A stretch of 30,162 bases of DNA from Spirochaetales bacterium (GTDB taxonomy: Bacteria; Spirochaetota; Spirochaetia; Treponematales; UBA12059), in assembly GCA_016926955.1 (NCBI GenBank), contig JAFGNN010000055.1:1-30162 (forward strand), written 5' to 3'. Below are positions 24,364-30,162 of this stretch, piece by piece. The position numbers were made by a program, and so were the translations under genes. Below the pieces are notes generated by a model. It saw only the letters and a list, made by a program, of their open reading frames with translations, was not told the origin of the DNA and made no database searches. Each line of letters begins with the position of its first letter. The stretch's first letter is position 1.

Positions 24364-24539
24364 GAACCACGGAGGCACGGCAGAGCCTTCCCAATGAGAA
24401 CCACGGAGGCACGGAGCTGGGGAGAAAAGAGGGAGCAAGAAAAGGTCGAGGTAAAAGGTGGGAAGGTCGACTCCTTCCCCACAACTTTCCTCCCTCCTCC
24501 CTCCTCTCTCTTCCCTCTTCCCTCCGTGCCTCCGTGGTC
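24364..24539. repeat. Second member of the GAACCACGGAGGCACGGAG-terminated palindromic element family. Terminal 19-mers sit at 24398-24416 and inverted at 24522-24539, with an extra direct partial copy at 24364-24380. It has a central GGAAGGTCGAC/TCCTTCC and a 38-nt pure polypyrimidine tract (24488-24525). It lies in the ptsI upstream region.
   Basis: This was read directly. The arms are purine-rich and pyrimidine-rich as in the element at 5353-5474. Confidence 0.65.
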
Positions 24540-24547
24540 TTCTTTGA

Positions 24548-25000
24548 CTAGTTGTCCCTTGCGATGTCGGTGGCGTAGAGCTCTTCGAAGCGGGCGCGGT
24601 GGCGCGACTCCTCGGCGGCGAGCCGCTCGAAGACCTCCGCGAGCTCGCCCGAACCCGCGGCCTCCGCGAAGGCCTTGTAGAGGCGCTCCGAGCGGTCCTC
24701 CTTGCGGATGCCCGCGCGGAGCACGTCCTGGTAGTCCGGATCCGGGCCGAGCTCCCTGTCCTCGACCAGATCGGAGAAATCGGCGCGGGATGCGAAGGCG
24801 GCGTTCCAGGTCGGCGCGCCTTTGACCTTGACCGCCTCGAGGGCGCGCGCGTGGCCCTCCTCCATGGCGGCGAGCTCGGCGAGCATGCCCTGCTGCGCGG
24901 CGAAATCCGAACGGCCGAGCAGGTCCTGGTAGAAGCGGATGGCCTCGCGCTCGCGGCCTATGGCTAAGTCGATCGCCTCGGAGAAGCTCCGGAAATCCAT
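24548..25000 (-). CDS. Rubrerythrin-like/ferritin-like diiron four-helix-bundle protein (150 aa), last gene of the complex-I-like operon.
   Basis: It has two E-x-x-H motifs (AAMEEGHARALE; AAEESRHRARFEEL) plus upstream Glu residues. Its ATG at 25000 is 2 nt after the fusion gene's stop. Confidence 0.65.
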   Translation of the reverse strand: MDFRSFSEAIDLAIGREREAIRFYQDLLGRSDFAAQQGMLAELAAMEEGHARALEAVKVKGAPTWNAAFASRADFSDLVEDRELGPDPDYQDVLRAGIRKEDRSERLYKAFAEAAGSGELAEVFERLAAEESRHRARFEELYATDIARDN

Positions 25001-25002
25001 GC

Positions 25003-26781
25003 TCACGCTCCCTTGCGCAACGCGCGGTCGATGGCCAGGGCGGCCCGGTGGCCGTCCGCGATGGCGCTGATGGCGTCCTTCTTTTCGTTGACGAGGTCGC
25101 CGCCGGCCCACACCTTCGGGTCGCCCGTGCGGCCCGTCGCGTCGACCACCGGCTTGTAGCGCTTGATCTCGAGGCCGTCCGCGGCGTCGGCGCCGATGAA
25201 CGAAAGGTCCGGTCCCTGGCCGATGGCCGCCACGATGGTGTCGTAGCGGACCTCGCGCACGGTCTCGCCCATGAGTTCCGGGAGCGGGCGCTTGCCCGGC
25301 CCCTGGTCGACCATGCGGGCCTGGCCCCACGACACGAGCGCCGAGCCGTCCGGACCGAGCTTGACGCCCGTCGGGATGGCCTGCACGACGATGGCAACGC
25401 CCTCGGCCTTCGACTCCACGATCTCCTCGGGGTCGGCGGGCATGTCGACCTCGCGGCGCCGGTAGAGGATGTCCACCTCGGCGCCGAGGCGCCGCGCGGT
25501 GCGGGCGCAGTCCATGGCGACGTTGCCGCCGCCGACCACCGCCACCTTCTTCCCCAGTTTCGGATCCTCGCCGCGGGTGACCTGGGCCAGCACCTCGACG
25601 CCGTCGCGAACGCAGGGCAGGTCGTCGCCGCTCACGTCTAGCTTGTACGCCGCGGGCAGGCCCGTGGAGACGTAGACCGCGTCATGCTCGCGCTTCAGCT
25701 TCGCGTAGTCGAAATCCTTGCCCACGGCGACGGAAGTCTCGACCTTGACGCCGAGGCTTTCGATGTAGCCTATGTCCTTGTCGAGCGCCTCGTAGGGCAG
25801 GCGGTACTCGGGGATGCCGTAGCAGAGCATGCCCCCGGCCTTGGGCGCGGCTTCGAGCACGCTCACCTCGTGGCCGGCCATGGCCAGGTAGTAGGCCGCG
25901 GCCAGGCCGCCGGGGCCCGCGCCGACGACGGCCACCTTCTTTCCTGAAGGCGCGTCCTTGCGCGGCAGTTCCTTGGCGTAATCGGAGAGCTCCACCTGGT
26001 CGGCGATATAGCGCTTGAGCCAACGGATGGCCAGCGGATCGCCCCGGACGCCGATGGAGCAGGCTTCCTCGCAGACGTGGGTGCAGACGCGGCCGCAGGC
26101 CTCGGGGAAGGGGTTGGTCTCGTAGAGGAGGCGCAATCCCTCGTCGATGTTCCCCTCGCGCACGGCCCGGATGTAGCCGGGAATGTCCATGTGCGCGGGG
26201 CAGGAGGCGACGCAGAGGCCGCATTCGACGCAGCGGTCGGCTTCCTTCTCCGCGAGCTCGCGCGAGTAGCCCTTCACGAGCTCGCGGAAGCTCGCGACGC
26301 CCTCGGCGTGCGGGAGCTCGGGCATCTCCACCCGCTCCCTGTCGAGGATGGAGTAGCCCTCGGCGCGCTTGTAGCCGAGCTCGGCCGAGTCCCAGGGTTT
26401 TTTTTCGACGCCGGGCACGAAGCGGAAGTCCTCGGGGTCGGACGAGATCCAGACGTACTCGTTGCTCATGGTGAGCGAGCCCGAGGGGCAGATGTCGACG
26501 CAGAGCGCGCACCAGCAGCAGCGGCCGTAGTCGATGCGGGGCCGGAGCCCCGAGTCGCCCGCGGACGGCGAGCGGCCCGCGACCTCCACGAGGTCGATGG
26601 CGCCGTTCTGGCAGATGGCCTCGCAGCTGCCGCAGCCGACGCAAGTCTCCGCGTCGTTCTTGTGGAAGCCGCGGTAGCGCGGGGCGCCGGGGCGCTCGTC
26701 GATGGGCTTCTTCACGGTGAAGGGCTTTTCGAACGCGCGCTTCCAGACCGCGAACGGGGCGATGAAATCCTTGACGTCCAT
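25003..26781 (-). CDS. Fusion protein (592 aa). An N-terminal NuoI/EchF-like 2x[4Fe-4S] ferredoxin domain is joined to a complete GltD/NfnB/SudA-type FAD/NAD(P)H oxidoreductase.
   Basis: The N-terminus has CVGCGSCEAICQ and CCWCALCVDICPSG. The C-terminal part has the GltD N-terminal cluster motifs CVECGLCVASCPAHMDIPGYI and CGRVCTHVCEEAC, an FAD site GKKVAVVGAGPGGLAAAYYLAMAGHEV and a NAD(P)H site GKKVAVVGGGNVAMDCARTARRLGAEV. Confidence 0.8.
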   Translation of the reverse strand: MDVKDFIAPFAVWKRAFEKPFTVKKPIDERPGAPRYRGFHKNDAETCVGCGSCEAICQNGAIDLVEVAGRSPSAGDSGLRPRIDYGRCCWCALCVDICPSGSLTMSNEYVWISSDPEDFRFVPGVEKKPWDSAELGYKRAEGYSILDRERVEMPELPHAEGVASFRELVKGYSRELAEKEADRCVECGLCVASCPAHMDIPGYIRAVREGNIDEGLRLLYETNPFPEACGRVCTHVCEEACSIGVRGDPLAIRWLKRYIADQVELSDYAKELPRKDAPSGKKVAVVGAGPGGLAAAYYLAMAGHEVSVLEAAPKAGGMLCYGIPEYRLPYEALDKDIGYIESLGVKVETSVAVGKDFDYAKLKREHDAVYVSTGLPAAYKLDVSGDDLPCVRDGVEVLAQVTRGEDPKLGKKVAVVGGGNVAMDCARTARRLGAEVDILYRRREVDMPADPEEIVESKAEGVAIVVQAIPTGVKLGPDGSALVSWGQARMVDQGPGKRPLPELMGETVREVRYDTIVAAIGQGPDLSFIGADAADGLEIKRYKPVVDATGRTGDPKVWAGGDLVNEKKDAISAIADGHRAALAIDRALRKGA

Positions 26782-26787
26782 ATCGCG

Positions 26788-27957
26788 CTACCTCTCGATC
26801 TCGGGCGGATAGGTGTGGAGGCTGACCATGAGGCCGGCCAGGTCGGCGAGGTTCTGGCCCTTGGCCAGGGTCTCCATGACCGACACCGCGTGCGTGTAGC
26901 TCGGGCCGCGCACGACGACGCGGCGCGGCTTGTCGGAGCCGTCGGACACCACGTAGAAGCCGTACTCGCCGCGCGTGCACTCGCTCTTCACGTAGGTCTC
27001 GCCCGCGGGGATCTTCCAGTGGAGCGGGTTCGGCAGGGCCGCCTTGAACTCGCCGCCTTTCGGCATGCGCGCGAGCATCTGGCGGATCAGGTCGATGGCC
27101 TGGTACATCTCGCCGAGGCGGACCAGGGCGCGGTCGTAGGCGTCGGAGCCCTCGGCCGTGACGTAGTCGAAATCGAGCTTGTCGTACACGAGGTAGGGCT
27201 GGTCCTTGCGGATGTCGCGGCGGAAGCCGGCGGCGCGGGCGTTCGGGCCCGTGATGCCGAAGCGGTCGATCCAGTCCTTCGGGATGACGCCGAGCCCCTT
27301 CGCGCGCAGCTTGAACACCGCGTTGTGGAACATGACGAGCTCGATGTCGTCGAGGTTCTTCTCGATGGTGTCCATGACCTCGAGGGCATGGGCCGCCCAA
27401 CCCTCGGGCAGGTCGGAGCGCACGCCGCCGGGGATGATGTACATGTGGTAGATGCGTCCGCCCGAGAGCTCCTCGAAGAGGTCGAGGACGTAGTCGCGCA
27501 TGGTGGCCGACCACTGGATGATGGTGCCGTGCCCGAAGGCGCCGGCCTGGCCGCCGATCCACATGAGGTAGCTGGCGAGCCGGATCATCTCGAGCGTCAG
27601 GTTGCGGAGCCACTTGGCCTTCTCCGGCACCTCGACGCCCGCGAGCTCCTCGATGGCCGCGGCGTAGCAGTACTCGTTGAAGTCCGGCTCGGGCACCGCG
27701 ATGCGGCAGACGAGGGGGAAGTTCTGCATCCAGAGCCGGCGCTCCATGAGCTTCTCGAAGCCGCGGTGCAGGTAGCCCACGTGGGTCTTGCAGTCGTAGA
27801 CGGTGTCGCCCGCGATGGCCAGCTCGAGCGACATGTTGCCCGTGATGCCGGGGTGCTGGGGCCCCTGCCACATCTTGAGGAACTTGCCGGAGGCGAAGTC
27901 CACCGGCTCCTTCGGGTCGTAGGGGGGCGGGAAGAATCCCTTGACGCCTTCGAACAT
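26788..27957 (-). CDS. NuoD/EchE-like large subunit (389 aa) lacking all [NiFe] cysteine ligands, i.e. Ehr/complex-I-like and not a hydrogenase.
   Basis: WQGPQHPGITGNMSLEL...DTVYDCKTHVGYLHRGFEKLME aligns with the NuoD GPQHPAAHGVLRL...IGYHHRGAEK. The N-terminal RxCGxC and C-terminal DPCxxC are absent, and the C-terminus ...SLHTYPPEIER has no Cys. The ATG at 27957 overlaps the nuoC-like stop (ATGA). Confidence 0.85.
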   Translation of the reverse strand: MFEGVKGFFPPPYDPKEPVDFASGKFLKMWQGPQHPGITGNMSLELAIAGDTVYDCKTHVGYLHRGFEKLMERRLWMQNFPLVCRIAVPEPDFNEYCYAAAIEELAGVEVPEKAKWLRNLTLEMIRLASYLMWIGGQAGAFGHGTIIQWSATMRDYVLDLFEELSGGRIYHMYIIPGGVRSDLPEGWAAHALEVMDTIEKNLDDIELVMFHNAVFKLRAKGLGVIPKDWIDRFGITGPNARAAGFRRDIRKDQPYLVYDKLDFDYVTAEGSDAYDRALVRLGEMYQAIDLIRQMLARMPKGGEFKAALPNPLHWKIPAGETYVKSECTRGEYGFYVVSDGSDKPRRVVVRGPSYTHAVSVMETLAKGQNLADLAGLMVSLHTYPPEIER

Positions 27958-28487
27958 CAGAGGGCCTCCGGGTAGAGTTTCTCTTTCATGTGGGTCGCGG
28001 GGTCCTTGGTGGAACGGCCCGGGCGGGTCGGGAAGGTCCGCTCGCTGTATTCCCTCGTGTCGAACTCGCGGCGCATCGGCGGAATGTCGATCCAGCCTTC
28101 GAGCACGAAGCTTTCGTCGACCCGCGGGCTGCCCGGGAAGTCGATGCCGAAGAGCTCCTTCAGTTCGCGCTGGTAGGTCCACATCTGCTCCCAGAGCAGG
28201 TGGCAGGACTCCATGGCCGCGTTCTCGCGCCCGATGCGGCACTTGACCGCCAGCGAGTGGTTTTCCGCGTGGTTGTGCAGCATGTAGGTGAGGACGAAGA
28301 CGCCCTCCTCGATCAGGTCGGTCGCCGTGACGAAGGAAAGGTGGGCATAGCCGTGGCGGTCGCGGAGGCGCGCGAGCAGCTCCGGCACGTCCTTCGCGTC
28401 CGCCTCGAGCGTCGCCAGGTCGGCGCGTTTTTCCACGAGGGGGCCGACCTCGAAGCGCTCGGCGATATCGTTCGCTATGGTTCGCAT
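27957..28487 (-). CDS. NuoC/EchD-like 30-kDa-type subunit (176 aa).
   Basis: RHGYAHLSFVTATDLIEEGVFVLTYMLHNHAE matches the NuoC core. The ATG is at 28487, and the first 90 aa of the track ORF are artefact. Confidence 0.75.
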   Translation of the reverse strand: MRTIANDIAERFEVGPLVEKRADLATLEADAKDVPELLARLRDRHGYAHLSFVTATDLIEEGVFVLTYMLHNHAENHSLAVKCRIGRENAAMESCHLLWEQMWTYQRELKELFGIDFPGSPRVDESFVLEGWIDIPPMRREFDTREYSERTFPTRPGRSTKDPATHMKEKLYPEAL

Positions 28488-28498
28488 CGCTCCCGCTC

Positions 28499-29191
28499 CT
28501 AGTAGTTGTAGTCCGGCATGTTCCAGTCGTGGATGACCTTCTTCTGGTTCGCCTTGTACCATTCGAAGTTCTCCGCGTACTTGACCGCGCCTTCGCATTC
28601 TCCGCGGCGGATCTTCCGCTGGAGCTCCTTGAAGCCGGCCAGCAGCGCCTCGGGGCGCGGCATGCAGCCGGCGATGTACACGTCCACCGGGATGTAGTGC
28701 TCGATGGCGTTGATGGTGTTGTAGCTGTCCCAGTACATGCCGCCGTTGATGGTGCACGAGCCCAGGGCCACCACGAACTTCGGCCCCATCATCTGCTCGT
28801 AGGAGCGGACGATGCGCTTCAGGGTCTTGACCGAGGCGTAGCCGCCGATGACGAAGACCGAGGACTGGCGGGGCGTGGGACGGCCCTGGATGCCGTAGCG
28901 GTACATGTCGAAACGGCTCGTCATGAGGGGGCGGAGCTCGATGGCGCCGCAGCCCGTGCCGAAGCCGAGTATCCAGAGGCTCTTCGAGCGGGCCCAGTTG
29001 AGGAAGTTCTCGAGTATGCCCTTGTAGGGGCCGGAAGCTGTCGGGTAGGCGTCGCAGAACCAGGGCTTCTCCTCTTCGGGCAGGCCGTCGTTCGCGAGGA
29101 CCATGGGCTTGCCGAGGGGACCCGGCCTTCCGGCCGGCTTCAGCGCGTGGTCGGGATCGGCCGGGGGGCGCGTGAATTTCATGTCGCTCAT
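28499..29191 (-). CDS. NuoB/EchC-like small subunit (230 aa) with an N-terminal ~60-aa extension. Only three of the four canonical cluster-N2 cysteines are present.
   Basis: It has GFGTGCGAIE (the canonical CC is GC here), GSCTINGG and IAGCMPRPE. AGGAG lies 7 nt upstream of the ATG at 29191. Confidence 0.8.
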   Translation of the reverse strand: MSDMKFTRPPADPDHALKPAGRPGPLGKPMVLANDGLPEEEKPWFCDAYPTASGPYKGILENFLNWARSKSLWILGFGTGCGAIELRPLMTSRFDMYRYGIQGRPTPRQSSVFVIGGYASVKTLKRIVRSYEQMMGPKFVVALGSCTINGGMYWDSYNTINAIEHYIPVDVYIAGCMPRPEALLAGFKELQRKIRRGECEGAVKYAENFEWYKANQKKVIHDWNMPDYNY

Positions 29192-29201
29192 GTCGATGCT
29201 C

Positions 29202-30116
29202 CTAGAAAGCCGTGTACAGCACCGCGCCGATGCCGATCAGGGTCGGCACGCCGAGGAAGAAGCGGATGGCCTGGTCGGTGCGGAAGCGCGGGAAGGCCTG
29301 CCCGACGAAGATGTTGACGAAGTAGATGAGGAAGGTCTTCGCCACCATCACGGGCACGTTGGTCGCGCCGCCGAAGAACAGGTTCATGTAGAGGACCAGC
29401 TTGGCGCCGTTGAAGACGGCCCGGTTGGTCTGCAGCATGCCGAGCAGGTTCGACTGGTACTCGGTGGGCGGGCCGATCGGGATCTCCTGCGGCGCGATGA
29501 CGACGCTGAAGGGGTTGTGTCCCGACATGCCGAGGAAGGCGATCATGGCCGCCACCACCGCGAGCGGGTTGGTGAACAGGGTCCAGTTCATGAAGCCGCC
29601 CTGCTGCGCCATGACGATCTTCGTGATGTCGAGCGTGCCGTACTGCACCGCGATGGAGATGATGGAGAGGGCGAAGGGCACCTCGAAGGCCGTCATCTGC
29701 GCCAGTCCCCGGCTGACGCCGAGGGCGCTGTACGGGTGGCCGCCCTCGGAGGCGCCGAGCGCCATGCCGAGCTGGCCGAAGAAGATGAAGTACATCACGA
29801 GGAGGAGGTCGCCCGACATCGAGAAGTTCCGGAACACCACCGAGCCGAGGACGGCCGGCACGAACATGTAGGTGCCGACGCCGCCCGCAAGCCGGAAGAC
29901 CGGCCCGAGCCAGAACATGATGCCGTGCGAGATCGAGTTGCGCTTGCCCGACGACTTGACGATGTCGATGATGGGCTGCCACACGGGCTGGCCCACGCGT
30001 CCCTGCACCTTCGCGCTGATCCGGGCCATGCTCCCGATCAGGAGCAGGCCGTACACCGTGATGACGGCGAGCGACACGAAGGCGTACGCGATGCGGAGGG
30101 GAATGCTCGGTTCCAT
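29202..30116 (-). CDS. NuoH/EchB/HycD-like polytopic membrane subunit (304 aa).
   Basis: ARISAKVQGRVGQPVWQPIIDIVKSSGKRNS matches the NuoH-family loop (Q.R.GP...QP..D..K...KE). There are multiple TM helices. Its ATG overlaps the upstream gene's TGA by 1 nt. Confidence 0.8.
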   Translation of the reverse strand: MEPSIPLRIAYAFVSLAVITVYGLLLIGSMARISAKVQGRVGQPVWQPIIDIVKSSGKRNSISHGIMFWLGPVFRLAGGVGTYMFVPAVLGSVVFRNFSMSGDLLLVMYFIFFGQLGMALGASEGGHPYSALGVSRGLAQMTAFEVPFALSIISIAVQYGTLDITKIVMAQQGGFMNWTLFTNPLAVVAAMIAFLGMSGHNPFSVVIAPQEIPIGPPTEYQSNLLGMLQTNRAVFNGAKLVLYMNLFFGGATNVPVMVAKTFLIYFVNIFVGQAFPRFRTDQAIRFFLGVPTLIGIGAVLYTAF

Positions 30117-30162
30117 CAGCGGACCCCCAGGAAGAGATAGAGTATGCCGACGTAGAGCACCA
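30116..30162 (-). CDS. 3' end of a hydrophobic upstream gene (...VLYVGILYLFLGVR*), presumably a NuoL/EchA-like antiporter-type membrane subunit. Its 5' end is truncated by the window.
   Basis: The frame was derived by hand. The stop overlaps the nuoH-like ATG (TGATG). Only 15 codons are visible, so the family assignment is positional (Ech gene order). Confidence 0.35.
   Translation of the reverse strand, partial: VLYVGILYLFLGVR

Noticed and set aside
26788-27957. [NiFe] group-4 hydrogenase large subunit (EchE/HycE) call.
   Set aside because: The RxCGxC and DPCxxC motifs are absent at both ends, and the C-terminus is ...HTYPPEIER with no Cys. The N-terminal alignment follows NuoD, but the His is also missing. 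It is therefore called an Ehr/complex-I-like subunit.

Overview
This is a high-GC (~68-70%) bacterial chromosomal window, apparently from a diderm (lipobox lipoproteins, a LolA-like protein, a beta-barrel C-terminal Phe); the lineage is not assignable from sequence alone. Many of the long ORFs in the six-frame track are GC-driven artefacts that overlap genes with clear family motifs. The supported gene content, in order, is listed below.

- **1..354 (-):** partial msrA with a lipoprotein signal peptide.
- **564..7367 (+):** a seven-gene envelope operon. It runs from a YtrA-type GntR regulator (with a leaderless start) through an SPFH/band-7 membrane protein, a LolD/MacB-type ABC ATPase, two FtsX/LolC/LolE-like permeases, a PF17131 LolA_like protein and a putative outer-membrane beta-barrel. 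A ~120-nt palindromic repeat element sits inside the operon.
- **7449..9021 (-):** an ECF sigma, anti-sigma and LTXXQ/Spy-like periplasmic protein module, with overlapping start and stop codons.
- **9201..12353 (+):** type-2 isoleucyl-tRNA synthetase, followed by a strong terminator embedded in a ~110-nt extended palindrome.
- **12707..15001:** a DtxR/MntR-like metalloregulator divergent from a CstA-family transporter.
- **15105..17253 (+):** an uncharacterised four-gene cluster of a small protein, an ArsA/Get3-type ATPase, an N-anchored membrane protein and a DUF59/MIP18 protein.
- **17433..19166 (+):** a lipoprotein and a LysM protein that share Ala/Glu-rich repeats.
- **19277..24289 (-):** M18 aminopeptidase, a MerR-like regulator fused at TAGATG to the GTPase Der, and PtsI.
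- **24548..30162 (-):** the most unusual system, an Ech-ordered complex-I-like module. It comprises a partial NuoL-like gene, NuoH-, NuoB-, NuoC- and NuoD-like genes, a NuoI-like 2x[4Fe-4S] domain fused to a complete GltD/NfnB/SudA-type NAD(P)H oxidoreductase, and a rubrerythrin-like diiron protein.
  - The large subunit lacks every [NiFe]-ligand cysteine and also the quinone-site histidine.
  - It therefore looks like an Ehr-type (hydrogenase-related) complex with an unusual fused NAD(P)H input module.

Several repeat families were also found: a triple 23-bp direct repeat upstream of gntR, GAACCACGGAGGCACGGAG-terminated purine/pyrimidine palindromic elements at two loci, and a 36-nt duplication of the metalloregulator's 3' end.
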